Source: Acidimicrobiia bacterium
GTDB lineage: Bacteria; Actinomycetota; Acidimicrobiia; Spongiisociales; UBA5794
Direction of reading: 5' to 3'
Assembly: GCA_051011415.1 (NCBI GenBank)
Contig: JBPCTY010000002.1
Coordinates: 7,104 to 71,103 of the forward strand
DNA: 64,000 bases
Shown here: positions 1 through 11,187 of the stretch, in pieces
How positions within the stretch are numbered: position 1 is the stretch's first letter
Layout of the letters: each line of letters begins with the position of its first letter
Made by a program: the position numbers and the translations under genes
The notes under the pieces: generated by a model
Databases searched by the model: none
Told to the model about the DNA's origin: nothing
The model's input: only the letters and a program-made list of their open reading frames with translations

Positions 1-84
1 CTGAAGCATTCTTCTCGAGCACCGTTGCAGTCTTTGTCGAAGGCGATCCGATGTTTGGCGGAAGGCCAATGGTCGTCGACTAGC

Positions 85-1137
85 TCAGTTGCCACACGCA
101 GGACAGCCGTCCCGCCGTTCCACCATCAGGGAGGTCGTCGACGCGGTCCGGCCATCGACCAGGACCAAACGGCCTGCGAATCCTCCGTCGGCCCCAACGA
201 GTAGTCGCAGCACTTCAGTCGCTTGCATCGATCCAATGGTTCCTACTACCGGTCCGATGACGCCGGTCAGTGCACAGTCGAGGGTCACGTCCGAGTCCGG
301 AGGCGACGGAAAGACGCACCGGTAGCACGGACCTTCAGGCATGACGGTCATGAGTTGACCTTCCCACCGATACACAGCCCCGCTTACGAGTGGAACGCCG
401 AGGTCGATCGCTGCATCGTTGATTGCGTATCGAGCATCGAACCGGTCGGTTGCATCGACCACGGCATCCGACCCCTCGATCAGCTTCCGCGCGTTTGTTG
501 CGGTGAGCATCTCGTCAATATGGTCAACTTGGATCGTCGGGTTCAAGCCCGCGGCGAACATGGCCGCCATCTGTGACTTGCTCTCCGACGCCTGCTCCGG
601 TGTGTAGAGCGGCTGGCGCTGCAGGTTCGATACTTCCACCACGTCGCCATCGATGATCCGGAGCCGGCCTACCCCTGCACCCGCCAAGTAGGAGATCACG
701 GGTGCGCCAAGACCTCCCGCCCCAATCACTGTCACTGTTGCGTCGAGGATCGTGCGTTGACCAGCAGCGCCAACATCGGGGAGCTTGATCTGTCGGTCGT
801 AGCGGTCGAGGTCGTCGAGGCTGAAACCAATCGGTGTCGTGAGCGGCTTGCCGTCTCTTCGCCATCGGTCGATGCCGCCTTCCAGCGATACGACCGACGT
901 GAACCCCTTTGATTCGAGTTCTCGTGCTGCAACGAGGGATCGCATCCCGACATCGCACACAGTGAGGACTGTGGTGTCTTCAGATGTGATGAAGGCCGAT
1001 GGGGACTCGAGCAGCTCTGCGAGCGGGGCATGAACGGAGCCAGGGATCGTAGCTCCCGACTGGTTGGGTCGCACGTCGAGAACAACCTCGTACTCATCGA
1101 GATTGGCATCGTGTGCTGGGGTCTCGGATCGCCTCAC
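85..1137 (-). CDS. Rhodanese domain fused N-terminally to a ThiF/MoeB-family adenylyltransferase (MoeZ-like sulfur-carrier activating enzyme)
   Basis: The C-terminal ~250 aa carry ThiF/MoeB hallmarks: the GAGGLG nucleotide loop and the CYRC and CPAC cysteine pairs. The N-terminal ~100 aa look like rhodanese, with active-site loop CDVGMRS. The first ~95 aa of track ORF 85..1422 are R/C/S/P-rich and not protein-like. I trimmed to the GTG at 1137, which lies 10 nt downstream of the stop of the upstream ORF. Confidence 0.85.
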   Translation of the reverse strand: MRRSETPAHDANLDEYEVVLDVRPNQSGATIPGSVHAPLAELLESPSAFITSEDTTVLTVCDVGMRSLVAARELESKGFTSVVSLEGGIDRWRRDGKPLTTPIGFSLDDLDRYDRQIKLPDVGAAGQRTILDATVTVIGAGGLGAPVISYLAGAGVGRLRIIDGDVVEVSNLQRQPLYTPEQASESKSQMAAMFAAGLNPTIQVDHIDEMLTATNARKLIEGSDAVVDATDRFDARYAINDAAIDLGVPLVSGAVYRWEGQLMTVMPEGPCYRCVFPSPPDSDVTLDCALTGVIGPVVGTIGSMQATEVLRLLVGADGGFAGRLVLVDGRTASTTSLMVERRDGCPACGN

Positions 1138-1147
1138 GGCGATGAGG

Positions 1148-1420
1148 CTAGACCGTGTCGAGCATGCGCATGCCCTTGATGCGCTGGTGTTCCCGCCGAA
1201 GCCGCGGCGGAAGCCGATGGGTCTGGGTCGGCGAGAGCATCGGCACGATGGAGGGCACCCGAATCGTGCCGTGGTCGTCACGATCGGCAAGTCCCTCCCG
1301 CGCCAACACCGCGAGGTGGGTTGGCATCTTGAGGGGGCGGCCGCTTTGTGCGGCGGCGGCGAGTCGAAGCAGGTCTGCGACCGCCCCCGGTCCCACGATG
1401 GGGAGCCAAAACGTGCGCAC
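1148..1420 (-). CDS. Hypothetical protein, about 90 aa (may extend upstream to ATG 1618)
   Basis: The C-terminal part of track ORF 1148..1618 has GC-rich third positions (VRTFWLPIVGPGAVADLLRL...GMRMLDTV). Its stop lies 10 nt upstream of the rhodanese-ThiF start. I recognise no family. The N-terminal 65 aa of the long ORF are low-complexity, so the start is uncertain. Confidence 0.35.
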   Translation of the reverse strand: MRTFWLPIVGPGAVADLLRLAAAAQSGRPLKMPTHLAVLAREGLADRDDHGTIRVPSIVPMLSPTQTHRLPPRLRREHQRIKGMRMLDTV

Positions 1421-1632
1421 ATAGGAGTGGGTGTGCGGGAATCCAGTCGTGGTGGTGGCCTGGGTCAGGACTGGCCTGACCCTCGAGCGAACCCGCGCCG
1501 TTGTGCGTAGCGCACTGCCCGCCTTGGCGCCTGGGAGCCAGGTGGTGTTCCGGGGCAAGGGAGGACTGACCGTGTCCGGGACACTTCCAGGCGCTGGCGG
1601 AGCAGATGCGCTATGCATACCCGTTTTGTATC

Positions 1633-1657
1633 AAGTAACACTAAGTAAATACAAGTA
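1633..1657. promoter_or_regulatory. Three direct AAGTA repeats at exact 10-bp spacing in an AT-rich intergenic pocket
   Basis: AAGTA occurs at 1633-1637, 1643-1647 and 1653-1657 (tcAAGTAaca ctAAGTAaat acAAGTAgtc). The pocket lies between the 3' end of the ABC exporter gene and the upstream side of the minus-strand rhodanese-ThiF operon. It is strikingly AT-rich for this sequence. Confidence 0.3.
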
Positions 1658-1754
1658 GTCTGTATTGAGGTCGCGAAATTTAGCCCGACATGCCGCAGCA
1701 AGTGCATCCGTTCAATTCGGTCTACACAGAAGAGGGCAAGCGATTGGCCCCTGG

Positions 1755-3545
1755 CTAGCTCGCTGCTGCGCCGGTTTGGACCTGCCAGAGAGTGCGGTAG
1801 ATGCCGTCGTGGTCGAGGAGCTCGTCGTGGCTTCCTGACTCGCTGACACGTCCGCGGTCCACCACGTAGATGCGATCGGCGTTGCGGATCGTTGAGAGGC
1901 GGTGCGCAATCACGACCATTGTGCGGTTGTGGCTGACCCTCGCAAGTGAACGTTGAATGGCCGCTTCGGTCTCGTTGTCGACTGCTGAAGTCGCTTCGTC
2001 GAGGATGAGCACCGGTGAGTCGGTGAGGAGCGCCCTGGCGATGGAGAGTCTTTGGCGCTGACCGCCTGAGAGCTTCTGGCCGCGCTCGCCAACGATCGTG
2101 TCGTACCCGGCCGGTAGCTGCATGATGAAGTCGTGGGCCTCTGCAGTGGCTGCCGCCTCCTTGATCTGTTCCTCTGTCGCGTCAGGCCGCCCGTAGGCAA
2201 TGTTCTCCGTGACGGTGCCATGAAACAAGAACACATCCTGGCTTACCAATGACATGGCATCTCGGAGATCCGACTGCTCGAGATCGCGCAGATCGACACC
2301 GTCGAGTGTGATGGAGCCGCTGTCGACGTCGTAGAAGCGAAGCAACAGCTTGATCAGCGTTGTCTTCCCCGACCCGGTTGATCCGACGAATGCGGTTGTT
2401 CGCTCAGGCTCGATGACGAGATCGACATCTGACAGGACGGGGAAACCAGGCTCGTACGCAAAGTCGACACCCTGGAACTCGATTCGGCCGCGGGCCGCTT
2501 CACCATCTATCTCGACATCCCCATCGATGATGGTGGGCTTGGTGTCGAGGACATCAAGGATCCTGTTCGTCGAGGCCATCGCCCGCTGGTAGAGGTCGAC
2601 TGTCTGTCCGAGTCGCGTCAACGGCCACAAGAGGCGTTGGGTGAGGAAGACCATCACCGAGTACAGGCCGATGTTGAGTTGGCCCTCAATGGCGAGGAAG
2701 CCGCCCCAGACGAGGGTGGCGGTAAAGCCAACAAGAATCGCGATTCGGATGAGGGGCGTAAAGGCTGAGGACAGCTTGATGGCCGCCCTGTTTGCGTCCT
2801 GATACCTGGCGGACGCCTTGTCGACCCTGGCGACCTCACGCTCCTCGGCGTTGAACGCCTTGATCGTTGAGATTCCGCCAATGTTGTTGCCAAGCTGCGA
2901 GTTGATCGCTGCCGCCTCATCGCGGACGAGGGCGTAGCGAGGCTCGATCTTGCGTTGGAACTTGAAGCTTCCCCAAAGGATCACCGGAATGGGCAGGAAC
3001 GCCAGCCACGCCACCGAGGGGGCGATGATGAAGAACGCCGCACCAATCAGGATGACAGTCGTCAACAACTGAATCACTTCGTTGGCACCGATGTCCAAGA
3101 AGCGCTCCAATTGGTTGACGTCGTCGTTGAGCACGGCCATCAGATCGCCGGTCGATCGATTCTCGAAGTACTCGACGTCGAGCTCCTGGATGTGCTCGTA
3201 GGTATCGATGCGAAGATCGTGCTGAATGTTCTGGGCAAGGTTTCTCCACTCGACGCCGAGCAGATATTCGAACAGCGACTCGAGGCTCCAGATAATGAAA
3301 GTCAGAATCGCGATGAAGACGATCTGCATCTTCGGGTCTTCGATTCCGAGGTTTCCGAGGAGTGAGTCGCTTCCGTTGGCAACAACGTCCACTGCCATAC
3401 CGATCAGGAATGGCGGTGCGAGGTCTACGGCTTTGTTCAGGAACGAATATGTCGAGGCGAGGACGATGCGCTTCCGATAGCCGGCCGCATAGTTCCATAG
3501 CCGGCGAAGGGGGACCTTAGATTCCTCGACTACTGCATCTTCCAT
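1755..3545 (-). CDS. ABC transporter, fused permease/ATP-binding protein (ABCB/MsbA-type exporter half-transporter)
   Basis: N-terminal six-helix membrane domain. The C-terminal NBD has Walker [10 protein letters not shown], signature LSGGQRQR and Walker [10 protein letters not shown]. Confidence 0.9.
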   Translation of the reverse strand: MEDAVVEESKVPLRRLWNYAAGYRKRIVLASTYSFLNKAVDLAPPFLIGMAVDVVANGSDSLLGNLGIEDPKMQIVFIAILTFIIWSLESLFEYLLGVEWRNLAQNIQHDLRIDTYEHIQELDVEYFENRSTGDLMAVLNDDVNQLERFLDIGANEVIQLLTTVILIGAAFFIIAPSVAWLAFLPIPVILWGSFKFQRKIEPRYALVRDEAAAINSQLGNNIGGISTIKAFNAEEREVARVDKASARYQDANRAAIKLSSAFTPLIRIAILVGFTATLVWGGFLAIEGQLNIGLYSVMVFLTQRLLWPLTRLGQTVDLYQRAMASTNRILDVLDTKPTIIDGDVEIDGEAARGRIEFQGVDFAYEPGFPVLSDVDLVIEPERTTAFVGSTGSGKTTLIKLLLRFYDVDSGSITLDGVDLRDLEQSDLRDAMSLVSQDVFLFHGTVTENIAYGRPDATEEQIKEAAATAEAHDFIMQLPAGYDTIVGERGQKLSGGQRQRLSIARALLTDSPVLILDEATSAVDNETEAAIQRSLARVSHNRTMVVIAHRLSTIRNADRIYVVDRGRVSESGSHDELLDHDGIYRTLWQVQTGAAAS

Positions 3546-3586
3546 CGGTGCGAGGCTAGGACGAGCCGATGCTCAACCCTTGGGCG

Positions 3587-6085
3587 CTATGGAGCGGTAC
3601 CGAAACGAATGAGGATCTCTTGGCCTGTTCCAATCGGTGTGCCGGCCCCGGGAGCCGTTGAGACGACCACCCCATGCTGAGCCGGATTGGTCGTGATGAT
3701 CTCGTCGAAAGTCCACGTGACCTCAATGCCCGTTGCGATCATGTAGCTATTGAGCCGTTGGACGGCCTCGGATGCAGTGAAACCGCGAAGGTCGGGCATC
3801 GGCACTTCCGGAGGTAGCCCGTTCGACACCTGAATCGTGATTGGTGTCCCTTGGCGAACGAGCGTGCCGGGAAGTGGAATTGTTCCGACGAGTGATCCAG
3901 CAGGAAAGGTGCTCGCGACCTCTTCGATCTCACCGGCCAAGCCGACGCCGTAGATGGCGTCAATCATGTCCGCTGTCGTCGGAGTGAGCGCAGGGACGAT
4001 GGCATAGGGCGTCTGCCTGTAGACGTCTGTGCCTGGTGGATCTTCTGGGAAGTCGATCGGTGGAATCGCCTTCGTGGCGTACTCCATGTACTGCTTCCAG
4101 ATCGGCCCGGCCAGAGTGCCACCGAATGCATTGCGATAGAACTGCTCGGATCCTTCAGCGTCGTTGAAGACGGTGAAGTCCTTCATCGGAATCGTGCCTT
4201 GGTGATACCCAACCCACACGGCAGTGGTTATTTGTGGCACGAAGCCTGCGAACCAAACGTCGGTGTTGTTGCTTGCGGTCCCGGTCTTACCGGCCTGGGG
4301 CCGCCCGAGATCTGCACGACGACCTGTGCCTTGCGAAACAACCTTCTCAAGCGAACCGACGACCGCTGCTGCAATCTGCGGCGACAGCTCTTGTTCAGGC
4401 TGCATGGTGTGCTCGTAGATCACCGTTCCATCCCTATCGGTGATGCGCTCGATCAGGAAGGGCGTCCGTTTCTCGCCAAAGTTTGCAAAGGTCGAGTAGG
4501 CGGCTGCCATGTCGAGAGGGGATACGCCTGCTGCTCCCAATGTGATGGGGGCAAAGGGCTGGAGCGCTGAAGTGACACCGAGCCCGTTCGCCATCTCCAC
4601 TACGGCATCGGGGCCAATCGCATCCACGAGGCGTGCATACACGGTGTTGGTCGAGTTATACGTCGCCGAGTCAAGAGTTCGAAGGTCCTTGCTCGAGTTG
4701 CCCGTCGCGTTCTCGACTTCCCAGTGCGTACCGAGGGGAGGGCATGGCGTTTCACACGGAATGAGCGCAGGGCTCGAATCATCCCAGAACGAGCCAAGGG
4801 TCACTGGATTGCCCGCACGGTCGCCTGAGTCCAACGCTGCGGCAAGCGTGAACGGCTTGAAAGCGGAGCCAGCATTCCTGGCGAGGCCGCCAGCCAGATC
4901 GTACGGTCGCTGCCCAGCCTCGATGTCATCACCGAATTCTGTGCCAGATGCCAACACGCGGATGGCACCCGTGCTGTTGTCGATCGACGCGATTGCACCC
5001 GTCGGCCCTTCAGCGGATCTGAACCAGGATCGAAGGATGCGTTCGGCCTCTTGCTGCAGACCGTGGTCCAGCGTGAGATCAATCTTGAGGCCGCCGCCAC
5101 CTTCACAACTCGCATCAGCAGCGGGGCAACCGAATATCGCAAGCTTGCGCTCTGCCTGTGTTTCCCCGAGAGCATCGAACTCTGGACCCTGGAGAAGCTG
5201 GCGACGCACGGCGATCATGATCTCCGGTGAAATCGACTCGTTTGTCTCTTGCGCAATCACGCCCAGTGGCTCTTGTTGTGCAAGCTGGCCATCTCGGGGA
5301 AGGATGTGGCCGTTGGCAACCATGCGATCGATTGTTCGGTTTCGAGCGGACAACGCGTTCTGTGCGTTCGACCTTGGGTGATAGAACGTCGGGTTGCGGA
5401 TCGGCACCGGCAGCAGCGCAGCCTCAGCGATTGACAGCTCGTCGAGTTCCTTGCCGAAGTACTCGAGCGACGCAGCCCTGATGCCATACGCGTTCGAGCC
5501 GAAGAACACCGAGTTTGCCCAGAATTCGAGGATCTGATCCTTCGTGTATCGACGCTCGACCTCGGCGGCCACCACGGCCTCGCAGATCTTGCGTTCGATC
5601 GTCTGGTCAGAGGTGAGGAAGTTCTGTTTCACGACCTGCTGCGTGATTGTCGATCCACCACCAGCAGGAGCATCGGTCACACGACCCATGACGGCTCGGC
5701 CGATGGCGGTGAAGTCAATGCCCTCGTGCTCGTAGAAGGACTTGTCCTCTGCGGACAGAATCGCTGCGACAACAAGATCCGGCATATCCGAAAGCTGTAC
5801 CGGGAGGCTGTTGCGCTCGGACAGTTCGCCAAGCTTCACGGCATCTGCGGTGTAGACCGACGAGAGGGTCGAAAGGTTGGGGAATTCGAGGTCGAACGTT
5901 TCGACATTGCAGAGATAGGCGTCTTCGACATCGGACACGGTCCCGTATGCCGTGTTGACCGTCAGAAAGCCGAACAGGCCCACCCAGGTGGCACCGACGA
6001 TCACAACGATGGCAAGCCCTATGAGTGCGGGCAAGCGTCGCTGATGCCGCTCGATGCGTTCGATGTCTCTGATGGGTGGTTCCAC
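3587..6085 (-). CDS. ponA: Class A penicillin-binding protein (transglycosylase/transpeptidase) with C-terminal PASTA-like domain
   Basis: N-terminal TM anchor. GT51 motifs [19 protein letters not shown] and RKICE. Transpeptidase motifs SAFK, STN and KTGT. The C-terminal ~70 aa ([17 protein letters not shown]...) look PASTA-like. Confidence 0.9.
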   Translation of the reverse strand: MEPPIRDIERIERHQRRLPALIGLAIVVIVGATWVGLFGFLTVNTAYGTVSDVEDAYLCNVETFDLEFPNLSTLSSVYTADAVKLGELSERNSLPVQLSDMPDLVVAAILSAEDKSFYEHEGIDFTAIGRAVMGRVTDAPAGGGSTITQQVVKQNFLTSDQTIERKICEAVVAAEVERRYTKDQILEFWANSVFFGSNAYGIRAASLEYFGKELDELSIAEAALLPVPIRNPTFYHPRSNAQNALSARNRTIDRMVANGHILPRDGQLAQQEPLGVIAQETNESISPEIMIAVRRQLLQGPEFDALGETQAERKLAIFGCPAADASCEGGGGLKIDLTLDHGLQQEAERILRSWFRSAEGPTGAIASIDNSTGAIRVLASGTEFGDDIEAGQRPYDLAGGLARNAGSAFKPFTLAAALDSGDRAGNPVTLGSFWDDSSPALIPCETPCPPLGTHWEVENATGNSSKDLRTLDSATYNSTNTVYARLVDAIGPDAVVEMANGLGVTSALQPFAPITLGAAGVSPLDMAAAYSTFANFGEKRTPFLIERITDRDGTVIYEHTMQPEQELSPQIAAAVVGSLEKVVSQGTGRRADLGRPQAGKTGTASNNTDVWFAGFVPQITTAVWVGYHQGTIPMKDFTVFNDAEGSEQFYRNAFGGTLAGPIWKQYMEYATKAIPPIDFPEDPPGTDVYRQTPYAIVPALTPTTADMIDAIYGVGLAGEIEEVASTFPAGSLVGTIPLPGTLVRQGTPITIQVSNGLPPEVPMPDLRGFTASEAVQRLNSYMIATGIEVTWTFDEIITTNPAQHGVVVSTAPGAGTPIGTGQEILIRFGTAP

Positions 6086-6188
6086 AGTGCCTCACTGGGC
6101 CAAGACACGTGCCCGCACCGCCCTACCGGTACCATCAAGCACGCGAAATCAGCATAGGAACCGACCTCAGATAGCGAATGGATCTGCC

Positions 6189-7742
<1,554 letters not shown>

Positions 7743-7759
7743 CTGACCGAGGATTCCCG

Positions 7760-9127
7760 GTGCACGACAACCAAACCCCAACACGGCTTCTTGTCATCGG
7801 TGGAGGGCCGGCCGGTCACTCCGCTGCGACGCAAGCCGCGACGCTTGGAGCCGAGGTCACCCTCGTTGAAGATCAGATCGTTGGAGGAGCAGCTCACCTT
7901 TGGGATTGCATCCCCTCCAAGGCGATGGTGTCGAGCTCGATGCGTCTTCGTGCGATCCGTCACGCCAGCCGCCTTGGGATCTCCGAGCCAGGGCCGGCAG
8001 CCCTTGACATGGAGAACCTCTCGTCGCACGTGTACGGCATTGCCGACACGATCGCCGACAGCATCACCTCGATGCTGGTCAGCCAAGGCGTTGAGATCGT
8101 ACGGGGCCGGGCACACTTCACCGGACCGCACACTGCCGTTGCCGTCACCGAGGATGGCAATGTTGGCCTTGAGTTCGACACCGCTCTCATATCCACCGGA
8201 TCCAGACCGAGAGTGCCCGATTGGGCGGACGTTGACGGCGAACGAGTGCTGACTACCCGCGACGCTTATCACGTGCCTGAGCTGCCAGAGAGAATCGTGA
8301 TCATCGGCTCGGGCGTGACCGGGGTCGAGATGGTCCACATCTTCTCATCGCTTGGCTCAGAGGTCGCCCTCCTTGTGAGCCGACATCATGTGCTGCCGCA
8401 CCGCGACGCAGAAGTTGCTGCGGTCCTTGAGGAGGACTTCCTTGGTCGTGGGGTCGAGTTGCTGAAGGGATCACGTGCCTCGGCCATCGAGCGCGATGGA
8501 GATCGCGTTGTCGTGCGCACCGAAGACGGAAGACGGGTCGAAGGGTCCCATGCACTGCTTGCAGTGGGGTCGGTACCGAATAGCGAAGGGCTCGAGTTGG
8601 ACTCAGCAGGTGTCCGGTCTGACGGCGGCTATGTGCCCGTCGATGAGTTCAACCGCACGAACGTTGCACACATCTATGCGGGCGGCGACGTCACCGGACT
8701 ACTGCCCCTGTCATCCGTTGCAACGATGCAGGGCCGAAAGATTGCCTCCCACATGATGGGTCGGCAGGTGAAACCGATTGACTACGGCCGTGTGAGCCAG
8801 GCGATCTTCACGGAGCCAGAGATCGCATCGGTGGGTCTTGAGGAAGTGGATGCCGCTGCAGAGGGCAGGAAGGTGCGGATCACCAAGGTGCCGCTTGCAT
8901 CGAACCCGAGAGCGCTCATTCAGGGAGATACCTCAGGATTCGTCAAGGTGGTGTCCGACCCCGCGACCCACGTTGTGCTTGGGGGAACGGTTGTAGGTCA
9001 TCATGCTTCGGAGCTTGTTGCACCGATTGCGCTTGCGACCCAAGCTCGGATCAGGGTCGACGTGCTGGTTGAAACATTGATGGTCCATCCCAGCCTGACA
9101 GAGTCGATCTCAGAAGCCGCTGAATAG
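7760..9127 (+). CDS. lpdA: Pyridine nucleotide-disulfide oxidoreductase of the LpdA type (NAD(P)H-quinone reductase-like; single active-site Cys)
   Basis: It has the FAD loop GGGPAGH and dihydrolipoamide dehydrogenase-like length and layout with a C-terminal HPSLTE. The redox motif reads GGAAHLWDCIPSK, so the first Cys of the canonical CxxxxC is Ala. Confidence 0.85.
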   Translation: MHDNQTPTRLLVIGGGPAGHSAATQAATLGAEVTLVEDQIVGGAAHLWDCIPSKAMVSSSMRLRAIRHASRLGISEPGPAALDMENLSSHVYGIADTIADSITSMLVSQGVEIVRGRAHFTGPHTAVAVTEDGNVGLEFDTALISTGSRPRVPDWADVDGERVLTTRDAYHVPELPERIVIIGSGVTGVEMVHIFSSLGSEVALLVSRHHVLPHRDAEVAAVLEEDFLGRGVELLKGSRASAIERDGDRVVVRTEDGRRVEGSHALLAVGSVPNSEGLELDSAGVRSDGGYVPVDEFNRTNVAHIYAGGDVTGLLPLSSVATMQGRKIASHMMGRQVKPIDYGRVSQAIFTEPEIASVGLEEVDAAAEGRKVRITKVPLASNPRALIQGDTSGFVKVVSDPATHVVLGGTVVGHHASELVAPIALATQARIRVDVLVETLMVHPSLTESISEAAE

Positions 9128-9134
9128 ACCGGCG

Positions 9135-9257
9135 CTAGTCCCGATCGGCCCGGATCCCGCGAAGCCACTTGGCGCGGCCCTCGACTGCAACCTCCGCAGC
9201 AACCATGCCTGCAATGATGGCTGCGCCCACGACGGCTGACAGTACGGACTTGATCAT
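9135..9257 (-). CDS. Possible 40-aa single-TM microprotein (not in ORF track, below cutoff)
   Basis: ATG 9257 to TAG 9135 translates to MIKSVLSAVVGAAIIAGMVAAEVAVEGRAKWLRGIRADRD, with a hydrophobic helix then a basic tail. A TACACT (-10-like TANNNT) ends 6 nt before the ATG, which fits a leaderless transcript. It sits 64 nt downstream of accA on the same strand. Confidence 0.3.
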   Translation of the reverse strand: MIKSVLSAVVGAAIIAGMVAAEVAVEGRAKWLRGIRADRD

Positions 9258-9321
9258 GTGCGAAGTGTATTACAGATCGATCCACGAGGAATAGCTGGCA
9301 TCCAAGCGCCTCTGCTGGCGG

Positions 9322-11067
9322 CTACTTGATCACCATGAGCAGTTGGCCTGCCGACACGGTGTCACCAACCTGGACCTTGATGTCGACGATGTCCCCGCCG
9401 ACACTCGCCTTGATCTCGTTCTCCATCTTCATGGCCTCGAGCACACACACGGCTTCGCCTTCTTGGACTGTTTCGCCCGCCTTGTGGTGGATCTTGACGA
9501 TGGTGCCTTGCATCGGGGAGAGAATCTCACCCGCTGCGCCTCCGCCGGTCGACGCACCGGACAGTTTGGGCGCCTTGCGGCGGGGGGCCACTCGCTTGCC
9601 TGACCCCGGTGCGGTGAGTACCTGTGCCCAGTACTTGACCGCGAAACGACGACCACCGACCTCGACCGTCATCGAGCGTTCCGTGAGCTCCTCGTCCTCG
9701 GGCACGGCTGGAGCGGTTGCTCGGTCGAGATCTGAGAAGTCCATCGTGTCCTCGACCAGGCGTGTGTTGACATTGCCGGACAGGAAGTCTTCGTTCTCGA
9801 GGATTCGCAGGTGTGCAGGAATTGTGGTGTCAACGCCTGCGATCTGATACTCGTTGAGCGCACGCTTGGCCCGCGCAACGGCTTCATCCCTGGTGGATCC
9901 CGACACGATGAGCTTGGCAATCATGTTGTCGTAGTACTGGCTGATGACGCTGCCCTGAACGACCCCCGAATCGATACGGATGCCCGGACCCGACGGCTCG
10001 CGATACTTGACGAGGGTGCCCGGTGTGGGAATGAATCCACGGGATGGGTCCTCGGCGTTGACCCTGAACTCGATCGTGTGACCGATAGGCGCCGGTGCAC
10101 CGTCCATTGAGAGCTCAGCCCCCTGGGCAACTTTGAGCTGCTCGACCACCAGATCGACGCCGAACACCTCTTCGGTAACGGTGTGTTCAACCTGGATACG
10201 GGTGTTCATCTCGAGGAAGTAGAACTCGCCGTCCGAGAACAAGAACTCCACCGTTCCGGCCGACTGGTATCCAGCGGCATGGCCCAGCGCCAGCGCAAGC
10301 TCGCCAAGCTTCTGTCGCAGCTCCGGCGTGAAATGGGGTGCAGGGGATTCCTCGACGAGCTTCTGGTGCCGTCGCTGAAGGGAGCAGTCCCTTTCCCCGT
10401 AGAACAGTCCGTTGCCGTGATTGTCGAAGAGCACCTGGGCTTCGATGTGTCGAGCATTCTCGAGGTAGCGCTCGACGTAGACGGCTGCATTGCCGAACCA
10501 GGACTCTGCTTCTCTTCCTGCCGACTCGAACGCATCGGCCAGACCGTCCTTCGATCGGACAACCTTGAGGCCTCTGCCACCTCCGCCCGCAGCTGCCTTG
10601 ATCGCTACGGGAAACCCATGTTCGTCAGCGAATGCCGCGACCTGCTCAACCGACGTCAACGGCTCGAGCGTTCCGGGGACTCCGTGGACGCCAGCCGCAT
10701 CGGCTGCGACCCTCGATTCGATCTTGTCGCCCATCATGGCAATCGCAGAAGGAGGCGGGCCGACCCAGATCAAGCCAGCATCGGTGATGGCGGATGCGAA
10801 CTCTGCGTTCTCGGCAAGAAACCCGTATCCGGGGTGGACCGCGTCGGCCTTTGATTCCTTTGCGATCTCAAGGATTCGCTCGACATTGAGGTATGAATCA
10901 GCTGCTGGTGCCGCACCGACGTTCCACGCCTCATCGGCCATCGCGGTATGTACCGAGTCCCTGTCGAGCTCGGAATAGATTGCGATGGTCCTGAGGCCGA
11001 CGTCTCGCGCAGCACGGATGATGCGAACGGCGATCTCGCCACGATTGGCAATGAGAACTGATTCCAC
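9322..11067 (-). CDS. accA: Acetyl/propionyl-CoA carboxylase alpha subunit (biotin carboxylase + biotin carboxyl carrier)
   Basis: N-terminal biotin carboxylase ATP-grasp region (LIANRGEIAVRIIRA...). C-terminal biotinylation motif EAMKMEN. Confidence 0.92.
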   Translation of the reverse strand: MESVLIANRGEIAVRIIRAARDVGLRTIAIYSELDRDSVHTAMADEAWNVGAAPAADSYLNVERILEIAKESKADAVHPGYGFLAENAEFASAITDAGLIWVGPPPSAIAMMGDKIESRVAADAAGVHGVPGTLEPLTSVEQVAAFADEHGFPVAIKAAAGGGGRGLKVVRSKDGLADAFESAGREAESWFGNAAVYVERYLENARHIEAQVLFDNHGNGLFYGERDCSLQRRHQKLVEESPAPHFTPELRQKLGELALALGHAAGYQSAGTVEFLFSDGEFYFLEMNTRIQVEHTVTEEVFGVDLVVEQLKVAQGAELSMDGAPAPIGHTIEFRVNAEDPSRGFIPTPGTLVKYREPSGPGIRIDSGVVQGSVISQYYDNMIAKLIVSGSTRDEAVARAKRALNEYQIAGVDTTIPAHLRILENEDFLSGNVNTRLVEDTMDFSDLDRATAPAVPEDEELTERSMTVEVGGRRFAVKYWAQVLTAPGSGKRVAPRRKAPKLSGASTGGGAAGEILSPMQGTIVKIHHKAGETVQEGEAVCVLEAMKMENEIKASVGGDIVDIKVQVGDTVSAGQLLMVIK

Positions 11068-11187
11068 GTGGCAATCCTAGATGTGGTCGGTTTTCCGAGG
11101 AGAACCGGGGCCCACCTCTCGATTACGACCCGCCCAACACGCAGTGCGTTACCGATTCATGGCAGGTCGTTCCTCGCCGAGCGCTGT

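Noticed and set aside
1-95. Window-edge coding fragment. It could be a plus-strand C-terminus (...VEGDPMFGGRPMVVD, stop at 81-83). Alternatively it is a minus-strand ORF starting at GTG 95 (VATELVDDHWPSAKHRIAFDKDCNGAREECF...), overlapping the last codons of the rhodanese-ThiF gene.
   Set aside because: Both frames are open and have similar third-position GC. About 30 codons are too few to choose a strand or a family, so no feature was called.
1138-1422. N-terminal 95 aa of track ORF 85..1422. The same applies to the long N-terminal extensions of ORFs 6054.., 17467.., 50942.., 55349..56215, 62724.. and 47952..49229.
   Set aside because: The extensions are R/C/S/P-rich or overlap a well-supported neighbouring gene. 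Internal ATG/GTG starts fit the gene spacing and the homologous N-termini better.
1421-1618. Possible Moco riboswitch upstream of a MoeB-like gene.
   Set aside because: I could not match the conserved Moco-motif elements by eye; only a generic hairpin and a CCUCCC string are present. It needs an Infernal scan, so it is reported only as an ambiguous leader.
11068-11187. Possible acyl-CoA carboxylase epsilon-subunit gene between pccB and accA.
   Set aside because: The 120-nt gap contains no open frame longer than a few codons on the minus strand.
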